DNA of 64,000 nt, taken from positions 48,020 to 112,019 of the IMG/VR virus record IMGVR_UViG_3300032334_001937, one strand, 5' to 3'. This stretch comes from a virus. The position numbers and the translations under genes were made by a program. Below the pieces are notes generated by a model that saw nothing but the letters and a program-made list of their open reading frames with translations, was not told the DNA's origin and did not search any database. Positions 1 to 10,500 of this stretch are shown piece by piece (within the stretch, counting starts at the first letter, position 1; every line of letters begins with the position of its first letter).

Positions 1-2054
1 GTAAATTCACCACCAGTTGCATATAGTGTTCCAGTTAGTGTTGCACCTGTAGCAGTTAGTGTTCCATCATTTTTAACTGCAAATAATCCACCAGCACTAA
101 TTAGGTTGCTAGAAGGATCACCATTACCTATGATGGTAATTTCTCTTGCTGTTACTTCACCTGTTGGAGTTACTGTAAATTTTGCAGATGAGTTACCACC
201 GCTTGTAGAACTTCCTGCCCAAAACGAATATGTGCCAGATGCTGAAAGTCCTGTATATTTTGTTGGTGGTCCTGATAAATCATTTTCAATTTTATATTCA
301 GAAATTTTCCAGTCAGCTATCTGTGCTTGCTTTGTAATAAATGTTGGTGTTCCAGCTGATGCATCTGAAACAATCTGTGTTGATGGTGAAGTATTGGTTG
401 CGTCATATGCAAAAATACCAGAGCTTTTAAATATAGTTCTTTTTCCTGATGTTGCACTATTACCTGCGTAAATAACTCCATTAGCACCAAATGTAATTGG
501 ACTTTCAAAAGATGTAATCTGTGCTGGGTCAAGTGGTGTTGTTGTTCCTTCTGCAGAATAATTTGATGTGTTACCAAAGTCATCATAATATCTAATTTTA
601 ATATATACAGTTGTGTAGTCAGTATCTGTAATAACTGCAGGACTTAATCCAGCATAAACTACATAGGTATCGTCTGTTGGGTCTCCAGACCAAGCTGTAT
701 GCTTTGCATATACCTCTGCAAAAACAGCACCTGTTGGCAATGTAAAGTTAACTGAATAAGCATTAGATAAAGGAACTGTTGTAAATGTTGGAGTAACCCC
801 TGAGAGCGGATTTGATCTTGCTGCTACGTTAAATGAAACTCCAGAAGACTTATTGTCATTTATATCAATACTTTTTAATAGTCCAGAGAAAGAACTGTAG
901 TGCTCTCCAAATTGATCAAATAAATCTTTTTTGGTGATGATTGTTGTCTGGCTTGTTCCACCTCCAGTTGGGAAGCGATAAAAATATCCTACTAAGTTAT
1001 TTGGTGCAGTTAATTGTATCTGAACTCTTACCGCAGCATCTGAAGATGGAAGTGTGTAAGCAACCACAACATCGTCATTTACCCAAGATCCAGATACTGA
1101 AGCAACTTCACTTGGTGGTGTATTGTCAACTGATACTGGACTGGTTGGAGTAACAGCAGCAGCTGTAGAATAGGCTGTTGTTAGTCCACCATCTGAAGTA
1201 AATCTTGCTTTTACCCAACGCTTATTAAAGTTATGGGCAATAATATTAGCTGGATTAACTGTTCCTAAATAAGCTCTTGAATATGTTACACCTGTTGGTT
1301 CTGTAGAGCTTGTTGATTCGTACTCAACAATTTCAATTGAGTTATAGGCACTTTGGGTTGGAGTAGTGTATGCAACACTATACCCTGCATTAATTGCCGT
1401 TACAGTAATTACTGGAACTGGTAAATCTAAAACATAAGTCGGAATAGTTCCAGCACATATTGTTTGGCTAATATTATTTAGGGGATCTGCAACAAGAACA
1501 CATATTCCTGTTATTGCTGCTCTAAATATTCCAAATGTTTGAACATTTAATGTTTTTGTTAGGGTAACGGTTTGTGCTGTTTGTGTTTTATTTGCAGGGA
1601 ATGTATTAAGAGCTGTGCGTTTTGTAATGCCATCTGCCGTTAATTCAAGAATAAATTGAGAAACTGTGCTATTAAGTTTGTTGGTGTAGTCCCAATTAAA
1701 CTGTACAACTAAATCTTCTCCAACCCAACTAGCGGTTACATTGGTTGGGTCTGTTGGAATAATTACTACTGGGCCTTGTCCAGGATAAATAGATTCGGGC
1801 ATTCCGTTAATTGGTGGAAGGTATGTATCTTTTGTATTATCTTTACTCTTACTTACATTTGATCCTGATTGATTCCCTGGAGTTGTTCCGCCAGCAACTA
1901 AAGATTTTCCATCAAGACCAACAATATCAATTTCTGCACCTTGACGTGATTTTGTTTGATTTATTTTATCCCAAGCAACTCTTGGATCATCTGCACTGAT
2001 TGGGACTGTTGGATTCTTTGCAACAGATTTGCTACTTTGATATTTTGATTTCAC
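1..2054 (-). CDS. Minor tail / tail-tip protein, partial (runs off the left edge)
   Basis: Absent from the ORF track. GTG at 2054 begins MKSKYQSSKSVARNPTVPISADDPR, and the same frame reads ...YATGGEF at the window edge. Thr/Ser/Gly-rich; lies downstream of the tail genes. Confidence 0.75.
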   Translation of the reverse strand, partial: MKSKYQSSKSVAKNPTVPISADDPRVAWDKINQTKSRQGAEIDIVGLDGKSLVAGGTTPGNQSGSNVSKSKDNTKDTYLPPINGMPESIYPGQGPVVIIPTDPTNVTASWVGEDLVVQFNWDYTNKLNSTVSQFILELTADGITKRTALNTFPANKTQTAQTVTLTKTLNVQTFGIFRAAITGICVLVADPLNNISQTICAGTIPTYVLDLPVPVITVTAINAGYSVAYTTPTQSAYNSIEIVEYESTSSTEPTGVTYSRAYLGTVNPANIIAHNFNKRWVKARFTSDGGLTTAYSTAAAVTPTSPVSVDNTPPSEVASVSGSWVNDDVVVAYTLPSSDAAVRVQIQLTAPNNLVGYFYRFPTGGGTSQTTIITKKDLFDQFGEHYSSFSGLLKSIDINDNKSSGVSFNVAARSNPLSGVTPTFTTVPLSNAYSVNFTLPTGAVFAEVYAKHTAWSGDPTDDTYVVYAGLSPAVITDTDYTTVYIKIRYYDDFGNTSNYSAEGTTTPLDPAQITSFESPITFGANGVIYAGNSATSGKRTIFKSSGIFAYDATNTSPSTQIVSDASAGTPTFITKQAQIADWKISEYKIENDLSGPPTKYTGLSASGTYSFWAGSSTSGGNSSAKFTVTPTGEVTAREITIIGNGDPSSNLISAGGLFAVKNDGTLTATGATLTGTLYATGGEF

Positions 2055-2067
2055 TGTAGCGCCTTAA

Positions 2068-2574
2068 TTATTTTGGACCTATTGCTTGCCAATTTAAATA
2101 ACAGTGACCGCTTAAAGCAGATACTGGTAAAGCATCTCCTCTATTTATCCTATAACTAAACTTATCTCTTGTAACATTATAAACATTAACAACAATATTG
2201 TGATCTGTACTAACAACACTTGTAAATCCAAACTGAATAGTTGCAGTAACAATTGGAATTGAGCTAAAAGCTGTTGCCCCAGTTGCTTCATCTCCGTAAT
2301 CAATATCACCGTAATATATGTTTGCAGTACTTAATGAAGCATTATCACCAGAAAAATCTATGCGAGTTCTTCCATAAAGAATCTTTTCGGAGCCAGGGTT
2401 GTACTCATGACCAACTGCATCTTCTGTGTTCCAGTTAGGAGTACCCGTTCCAACAACCCCAAAATTATTTGTAATAGTATTAATACTGTCGCTGTGCTGA
2501 TTAACAACATTAATAAGTTGATGCCAAGCAGCAAGGTCAATAATATTTGGATCTGATATTTTTACATATGGCAT
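2068..2574 (-). CDS. Small tail-associated protein (fibre-tip/lectin-like C-terminus)
   Basis: 168 aa. FSSIPIVTAT and LNWQAIGP resemble gp53/H-type-lectin-like fibre ends; sits in the tail module. Confidence 0.55.
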   Translation of the reverse strand: MPYVKISDPNIIDLAAWHQLINVVNQHSDSINTITNNFGVVGTGTPNWNTEDAVGHEYNPGSEKILYGRTRIDFSGDNASLSTANIYYGDIDYGDEATGATAFSSIPIVTATIQFGFTSVVSTDHNIVVNVYNVTRDKFSYRINRGDALPVSALSGHCYLNWQAIGPK

Positions 2575-2609
2575 TCTGTTCTCCTATTTTATTAATTATA
2601 CCACAGGGC

Positions 2610-5600
2610 CTAGTAGATCCTGTTAAGTGTTAACTGTGTGTCAAGTCCTTGATCAAAAGTATGATTAACTGAGCTTACAATATATTTTTGATTAGATATT
2701 CCATTTAGTGAGTATGTCAGGGTTACTACATCTCCCACTTGAATTAGTGGATTGCCAAATACATTTAGCGATACCGTTTTTGAAAAACCTTCAATGCCCA
2801 TAGATATAACCTTGAGCATTCTTTGTCCTGCCTGCTTTGACTGAATCCATTCTGAATCTAGTTGTGCTGTTTCTAGTATGTTGGCTGGATCAATTACTAC
2901 CTCTAAAATTTCTGGATCTGAAGGGGCAACAATTTCATGTGTCCAAAGATTAAGATTGATTGTAACTTGATTAAGCTCATCTGCTTCTTTTCTCAAAAAA
3001 ACAAGATTAGACGAGTTATTTGCAATTGCCATCTTTGCTCTAAATCCTGTATTAATTGGTGTTGAGTATGACAGTGAGTATTCATCAACTAGTTTCTTTT
3101 GATATTGTTTTTGATCACTTTGATCGGTTCCTGGGAAATAATACCACATATACTCAATTGGTAAAATGTCAACTGAAACTGCTGCAGGGGTTGTATATTG
3201 AACATCATAATAATTAATACCAGATATCTCTGGTGTTGTTTGCATCATGTATGTTGAGTAATCACCATACAAGTTTTGATGTTGTACAAGACCATTTAAG
3301 AATTCTCTATCTTGATAATAATAGCTTACGCTTCTTTCTTTAAGTGGTTTTTCAGTTGCATGAATTTCTCTAAGCGATGTTGTGCTTATTGGATTTGGAG
3401 AAACATCTCCAGTATACTCATACAGTGCAGGAATTGCTGTTGGAGTAGCGGTAGTCAAAAATCCAAACTTAGTACTATAACCAATATTGTCATTAAAGTA
3501 TGGTTTTTGTCTCATTCCAGTTTTCTTATTTACTTCAGTTGTTTTCCATCCAGATCCTCCTGGATTTGTAACTGTGTTATAATCATCTGATTTAGTTTCA
3601 TTCCAACCAGTAACCTCAATATTATTTATGAATACTGAAAGTATTCTTTTCTCATCTCCTGATGAACCATTTTCTCCATCCTCTCCATCTGAAAGATAAT
3701 GAACAACCTTTAGGTTAAATGGGTTATCTGTTGTATAACTATATGTTGCAGGATCTGTGGTTGTATCCTTTTTAATGATTTTTGAAAAATTATTTACAAC
3801 GCTATTGCAAATACCTGTTACATCTGCAAAATATTCATTTTCTGATCCATTAAAAATATGCAATAAATATCTATATTTTGGCGGGTTGTAATAGGCAACT
3901 GTCTTAGGGTCAAGTCTATTAAACCTTTGGAGCTCTACATAATATGTTCCGCCAGTGTCTGTCTCACTTGGCATATTAAAAAATAAACCAGATGCAATTT
4001 TAAAGTTGGTATCTGGCATATCAAACTTTACTGAATATGTCTGATAATATTGTTCGGTTTCATTTGTTGGATAAATAATTACATATTGATCTGTTAATCC
4101 ACTAACTTTTATCTTATCAATGCTTGGTAGTGCTGGATCTTGATCATAGTCGTCAACAATTGAGGTGTATCCAGTAGAGCTACCAACTGTCCATCCATCT
4201 CTATCAATAAGTTTTTCTGATAAACCTTTACTGTCTAAATCAGTAATTCTTGAGTGAGCAGATGGAACTGTTCCAAACATACCTCTTTGTACATTTGTTA
4301 TGTTTCCTAATGTACGAATTAATACATCATAGTCAGAAGATATGGTTGCTTCTCCTCCAGATATATATGCTCCTTCTTGTGTACCCTCAATTTCAAACCA
4401 AGTGCTTGATGCATCAATAATGGTTCCAGATATATTGAATATTTGCGGATTAACTGCAGTAATATTTACTCTGTCTCCAACGCTAAAATTATTTGCTGCT
4501 GTATAAACAATTGTTCCTCCATTTGAATTTACATCTGTGATTGTGGCATAAGATACCTTTAGCTCAACAGCATATTCTCTAATAAAATTATTAATCTCTG
4601 CCTGCAACTGTAGATCATTTTTTACTGAAACCTTTTTGCTGGTGCCTGGATTTTCATCATCAATATATGGATCTGTTGATTTTGAAATTACATACTCTTT
4701 GTATAGAACTGAAACAATTTCATTCTCAATAAATGCATATCCATTTGCATCACGATTAAATGTATGAAAAATATTTTGTAGGTCGTTAACATTCATGCTA
4801 AATGAATTACTATCTTTTGCCATATCACTATACAAATAGTTAAATCCAACAGAGTCTATACTTTGTTGTTGCCATACTACGTCGTTAGACGCTGTATACA
4901 AAAATGATGATGAGTCTTTAATTGTAGGGTTTTTTACATTTTGCAAAGATGGAGATTGCTTTACCTTTGGTGACTGATACCTTAAAGAAACTTTTCCTGG
5001 CTTTGCTTTATTTGAAACTGAAAAACCATTCTTCTTAATATCATTATCATTTAATGAGAATGAGGATGTAGTTGTTGTAAGAATATCCTGTAGGCTTAAA
5101 AATTCCATTACTCCATACTCATTAATGTATGCCCCAATTTGATATGCTACAAAAATTTTGTTAAGTGTATCTAAGATTGTTGAGTCTTTTGAGTTACAGT
5201 AAAAATAAGAAATATCCATAGGTAGTGTTTTGCTATTGCAAACTTTATATAATGAATCATAGTTATAATCAGTAAACCCAACAAGATCCAAAATGTTTGT
5301 AATAATGTCAAATACTGACTTTAAATTAGCAACATAATCTGGAGCTGGAGTAGACTGTAGATATCTAGTAATGTCTAGACACTGAATAGATACTGTGTCT
5401 ATGTCATTTTCGTCCCATGTATCAGAATAGAATACTCCGCCTGGTATATATTTGTTTGTAGAAACAGCATTAGATGGCTTAGAATATTCAAAAATATTAA
5501 ATCCAACATAGAGCTTAATATTTTTTCTTAATATGTTTGCAAGAAGTGTTGATGATTGATCACTTTGACTTGAAAAAATGCTAACTAGCTGACCATTATT

Positions 5601-6995
5601 TACTAATGGTATTCCAGAAAGTGTAACGTTGCAAGAATTTGAGTTAACTGAAGATATTGGCAAAGCACTGTTTTGTGTATCTAGCATTTTTTCTATTGAT
5701 AAAGATTGCACAAAATCTGAAATATCAACTTCAAGTCTTGGAGATACTTCAATAACCTGCATTCTATTAAGGTCATTGACTAAATCAAGACTGGTGTAAG
5801 AGCTAACTTCAGTTCTTGGAGTAGTAGATTTTTGTTTTACTGTTATTTTACTGAACGATGTTGCGTTACTTATTGTTCCAGTGCTAGTAAACTTTGGCAA
5901 AGTTGATGGTACCCATTTAGTTTTTGTCCACATTGTTCCTGTCCAGTACAGCGTTAAAACTCCAGTAGTAAAGCTTTCTGAGTTTACTGGGAAAGTTACA
6001 TCACTATTGTTATCAACTTGGATTAACTGTCCATCCAAATAAATATTGATTATTGGGACTGAAAGTAAAGTATTAAACTTAATAACTATTTTATTTGTTA
6101 AGATTGACTTTTCATATATACCAGAGATACTTGGAAGATATTCAAGTACAGAGTCAATTGGCTCTGAAACAAAATATTTATATGGAGCAATGTCTGAAGC
6201 TACAACACTTTTTAATCCTGGTACTGGGGATGAAGCAAAGAAAAAAGATGGCATATGTACAATTGGGCTAATTGGAGAATAATTTACGCCAGAGTAGCCA
6301 TTGATAATAGATGAGTTAATCTTTCTATAGTTAGCTGGTGGAGTACAGCTTGAGTTACCAGACTGAATGTATGATTCCCCTGGTCTAAAATGTGTAAAAG
6401 CACTATCTGTTGGCCACAAGCTTCCGCTTGTATGATCTGAATAAGATGTTTCAAAAATATGAGGTACAGTAAAATATACAACAGGATTAATATCTGTTCC
6501 ACTTAAAGCATTAACATTAATTGTATATGTAAAAGAAGACATGCCAGAACCTCTTGGGGTTGTGCCAATAGAGGTAATAATTTTTGTCCAGCCCAAAGAA
6601 GTTGCTTCTTCTTGGCTTGTTCCATATTGATTTATTTCGCTTTCAGCAAAAGCTGTTACCATTACTGGGATTGCATTATTAGTTTTTACATAAGTAACTA
6701 TTTTATACGCATGACCTTCATTTACAGAAACAGTATATGCCACTGATCCTTTTCCGTCAGCCATTGTAAATTTTTTAGTTGTAAAATTTTTCTTTTCTTC
6801 ATCATTTGAAGCAGTAACAGTTCCAGAAGATAGCGTTGGTGTATACTCAGTTGATCCTGCAGCAACAGTAATATATGGTGGATTAAATAAATTATGATTC
6901 CACTCAGCAGAAACTACAGGAACTAAACCAATAGAGCCTGAATCTTTAAATATATCGTTGCTTTCGCTTTGAGTTAATGTTCCCACCTTTAACAT
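2610..6995 (-). CDS. Large minor tail protein (baseplate hub / central tail-tip)
   Basis: 1461 aa, second gene after the tape measure. C-terminal GNPLIQVGDVVTL...YIVSSVNHTF is hub-like. Confidence 0.7.
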   Translation of the reverse strand: MLKVGTLTQSESNDIFKDSGSIGLVPVVSAEWNHNLFNPPYITVAAGSTEYTPTLSSGTVTASNDEEKKNFTTKKFTMADGKGSVAYTVSVNEGHAYKIVTYVKTNNAIPVMVTAFAESEINQYGTSQEEATSLGWTKIITSIGTTPRGSGMSSFTYTINVNALSGTDINPVVYFTVPHIFETSYSDHTSGSLWPTDSAFTHFRPGESYIQSGNSSCTPPANYRKINSSIINGYSGVNYSPISPIVHMPSFFFASSPVPGLKSVVASDIAPYKYFVSEPIDSVLEYLPSISGIYEKSILTNKIVIKFNTLLSVPIINIYLDGQLIQVDNNSDVTFPVNSESFTTGVLTLYWTGTMWTKTKWVPSTLPKFTSTGTISNATSFSKITVKQKSTTPRTEVSSYTSLDLVNDLNRMQVIEVSPRLEVDISDFVQSLSIEKMLDTQNSALPISSVNSNSCNVTLSGIPLVNNGQLVSIFSSQSDQSSTLLANILRKNIKLYVGFNIFEYSKPSNAVSTNKYIPGGVFYSDTWDENDIDTVSIQCLDITRYLQSTPAPDYVANLKSVFDIITNILDLVGFTDYNYDSLYKVCNSKTLPMDISYFYCNSKDSTILDTLNKIFVAYQIGAYINEYGVMEFLSLQDILTTTTSSFSLNDNDIKKNGFSVSNKAKPGKVSLRYQSPKVKQSPSLQNVKNPTIKDSSSFLYTASNDVVWQQQSIDSVGFNYLYSDMAKDSNSFSMNVNDLQNIFHTFNRDANGYAFIENEIVSVLYKEYVISKSTDPYIDDENPGTSKKVSVKNDLQLQAEINNFIREYAVELKVSYATITDVNSNGGTIVYTAANNFSVGDRVNITAVNPQIFNISGTIIDASSTWFEIEGTQEGAYISGGEATISSDYDVLIRTLGNITNVQRGMFGTVPSAHSRITDLDSKGLSEKLIDRDGWTVGSSTGYTSIVDDYDQDPALPSIDKIKVSGLTDQYVIIYPTNETEQYYQTYSVKFDMPDTNFKIASGLFFNMPSETDTGGTYYVELQRFNRLDPKTVAYYNPPKYRYLLHIFNGSENEYFADVTGICNSVVNNFSKIIKKDTTTDPATYSYTTDNPFNLKVVHYLSDGEDGENGSSGDEKRILSVFINNIEVTGWNETKSDDYNTVTNPGGSGWKTTEVNKKTGMRQKPYFNDNIGYSTKFGFLTTATPTAIPALYEYTGDVSPNPISTTSLREIHATEKPLKERSVSYYYQDREFLNGLVQHQNLYGDYSTYMMQTTPEISGINYYDVQYTTPAAVSVDILPIEYMWYYFPGTDQSDQKQYQKKLVDEYSLSYSTPINTGFRAKMAIANNSSNLVFLRKEADELNQVTINLNLWTHEIVAPSDPEILEVVIDPANILETAQLDSEWIQSKQAGQRMLKVISMGIEGFSKTVSLNVFGNPLIQVGDVVTLTYSLNGISNQKYIVSSVNHTFDQGLDTQLTLNRIY

Positions 6996-7501
6996 TAGAT
7001 CTCCGTAAACTCAATATTTATATCTACATAATCTGATAAAGATGTTCTCTTTGATAAAGTTTTTGCAAATGTTGTGATAAAAGCACTGTATGTTCTATAT
7101 CCAGTTGCATCAGTTATTGTTGCTTCTGTCTGTGCAGTCTTAAAGTTATGCCCTGATTCATTTGGGACTGAACCAGCAGCAGGATCTGAAGCAAGCTTTG
7201 ACTCAACAACCTTTAAATATATCGGCACACCAGCATTGGCATTATAAAATGATTCCATCCAGGCAGCACCGTAGTTACCATCAGCTGTTTCTGATGATCT
7301 TGTTGGCAAGAATGTCCAGGCTGTTGATATTCTATGCTTTTTAGCAATAACATATTTTCTCATAGTACCGTTAGCCATACGTGTTGTTTGCTCAATTAAA
7401 TCTACATCTATTTGTATTGGTTGTCTATTATGGTCAGTAAGCTTATACCAGGTTGACCCATTAAGGGAAACCTGTATACCCGCTTGAATTTTATATGCCA
7501 T
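6995..7501 (-). CDS. Distal tail (Dit)-like protein
   Basis: Directly follows the tape measure; RMANGTMRKYVIAKK motif. Confidence 0.6.
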   Translation of the reverse strand: MAYKIQAGIQVSLNGSTWYKLTDHNRQPIQIDVDLIEQTTRMANGTMRKYVIAKKHRISTAWTFLPTRSSETADGNYGAAWMESFYNANAGVPIYLKVVESKLASDPAAGSVPNESGHNFKTAQTEATITDATGYRTYSAFITTFAKTLSKRTSLSDYVDINIEFTEI

Positions 7502-10500
7502 TACATCATCACCTTATTTGTTTTGTTATTTTGTCTTTGTACCCTATCTAATCTTACCATAATCTCATCTGCAATTTCTTTCTTATTGAGGTCTGTTCCA
7601 TTAATAATAAAGTGGTTTGTCATTCCTCCATCATTATAAGTTTTATTTTGATCTGCTGGAATAATACGTTCACCCTTGTGAACCATTGCAAGAGTATCAG
7701 CAGGTACATAATCTGTTCCAACATCATATGAAGGAATATTAAATTTAACCATTCCACCTTTAGCAAATCCAAATTTTGATTTTGCTGCATCAATTATTTT
7801 TCCAAAATTGGGTCCAGAGTAACCTATTGTTCCTTTTGAAGTTATTTCTCCTCCGCCCTGAATAATTGTATTAAATTTTTCTGGATTAAATTCAGGATAA
7901 ACAGTTTTATATTGATCTGGCAAGAAAAGCTCTGCTCTTCTATTTTTAGCCATATTTGTAGCGTTTGTATTTGGTGCTAATGGTTCATATGTTCCAAATC
8001 CTATTGGCATAAATTTTATACCCTTTGCAAATTTAGAAAGATATGATGCTGTTGCTTTTGCTCTATTTAATGAAAGCAAGTCATTATCTACTCCACCACG
8101 TGAATCTGCATGTCCTTGAACAACTATAGACTTTATGTTATTATCAATTAATTGAGAAGCTAGTTTTTGAAGTTCTAGCCTTTGTTTTTTATTTAAATCA
8201 TATGAATTAGTACTAAAGTTAGATCTTATTGGCGGAACTTTAATTTTAATTATTTCTTTATGCGCTTCTTGCCAGGCAGCTGCTGGACCCATCATTGTTC
8301 CGCCTTGATAGGTAGGTTTTACTTCACCTTGGAAATTTTTGGAATAATTAGTGACTTGTCCACCTCTTGCAAACTTAGGTTTATTAATATTTTGGAATGC
8401 ATTTGGTTGATTCCATCTTGGTCCAGCTGTTCCAAAATGAGGTATATGTGGTGAAGGCAATGTTCTTTTTGCTTCAAATACATACTCATCTAATAACTTA
8501 GAAGCACTTGGTCCAACCCACTGTTGACTTGCTCCTTCTCCAATAAAATGACCACCTTCTGCTGGTATTTTAATTGCTAAAGGATTAATTGCTTTTAAAA
8601 CAAATTCTGTATAAGCAGCAACATACTGTTCTTTAGCTGTTGCATCTTTGAAGTATCCACCAAGACCAAGGTCCATTAAGTTTTTTATTCCACGGACATC
8701 TTTGCCTAATATAACTTTTGCTATAGCACCAGCCTGTCCACCTCCTGTACCTCCTTGTGTTGCTATGACTTTAGCCCAGTCTAAATTGTCAGTAAATGAT
8801 TTATGCATATCTGGTATCCAGGATTGACCTACATTTAACCCCTTATCAAATTCTTTAAATGGAGCTGCTTCTGGTGAATCATATCTTGGTTCTGGTTTTC
8901 CAGATGCCTTAATTAAATCTACTGCATTTTCTTTCCATCTTGAGGTAAAATGTGACCAAGGAGCATCTTGGGTCATAGAGTTATATCCGAATTTATCCAT
9001 CCAAGCTTTTCCATTTTGCAAAGCCTTATTTGGAACTGTTTTATGTCCTACAATATCAGCCATGTCCTTAAGGCTAAGACCTCTATAGACAACTTGATCT
9101 TCTCCCATTGGTTTTCTAGTTAATAATGAATTAATTACTCCCCAATCATCTTTTTGAGCATACATTGGTTTTTGAGTATATAAATCAAGTGCATTAATTC
9201 CACCAGGTGGGGTGTCTGTTTTTCTTGATAATTTTAATAGCTTTAGAGCATCAGCTATTGTTGTTTTTGAATTTTCTATCATAGATGGAGCATCTTCTGG
9301 TTTTGCCCAGGTGTGGTCCTTAAAGAATTTACCACTTTCAAGATCTTTTATTTTGGTTCTATGATCTGCTATCATTTGCTGATATTTTTTAATTGATGAA
9401 ACTGTATCTTCAGAAAGCTTTGATGTTTTAACGGCTTGTGCTTCTGCAAATGCTTTATTTTGCTGTATAACTCTTTGCATTACATAACTATTACCCATTG
9501 ATGGACGATACTGAGGAAGCTTAGGAACAAAGTTATCATCCATAGCAGCATGGACAGTAACTTTAGGAACAATGGCTGATTTTGTACCCATTCCTAATTT
9601 ACCTGCAAGTCCTACAGCAGGCAATACTCCAAGCACATCTGCAGCAACGCCTAAGCCTTTATGTCCAAATATTTCAGGGCTTGTATTATTTTTTAAATTA
9701 AATGCTGATGTATAGCCAGATAGACCTTGTGCAGCTAGTAACGCAATTCTATCTTTTTCTGTTTGAGAAACTGCTGACTTATAAGAAGAAACTCTTGGGT
9801 CAATTTTTGATGCACCCATACCCATCATTCCAGATAGGTATGAGGAAAACATATTTACTGGGTTAAATCTACTAAAGAAGTTTCCGTTTTTCTTTCCAAC
9901 TGGTCCACCTGTAGCAAACTTCTTTGCATTTAGTTGATCAAAGAAACCTACGCCATATTTATCAACAGCACTTGCATTAACAACATATTCTTTATTAGAT
10001 AGCATTGCTGGAATAGAATCAGATGTTGTACTTCCTGGTCCAGAAATAAAACCGCCATCTGCTTTTTTAGTTGTATTTCTATTGACTGGCTTTCCCTTTA
10101 CACTTAATGTTTGAGGATTCCATTGCTGAATCACGCCAGCACCGTCTACAGCATACTGCTTTCCATTCCATTCAAATACATAAACAGAGTCACCAGTACT
10201 TGTTCTTGTTACTCCACTTCGTTGCTGCAATGCCTTATCAGCTGCAGCGCCAACAGTCTTACCGTCTATAGCCCGTGTAGGTGTCATAGATCCAGCACCA
10301 GACACAACTACTACTGGAAGAGGATTACTTTTATCAAAATTAAACATTCTTGATATGCGATCAAGTGCACCCTTAATGTCTATTGTTGGGGTTGCAACTG
10401 GAGCTGGTCCAGCAGATGCAATGATGTTATCTTTTTTATCTTTATCTGCCTGTAGTTTATCAACTTCATCTTGCTTTGCAGCAATTTGCTTTTCTAGAGC

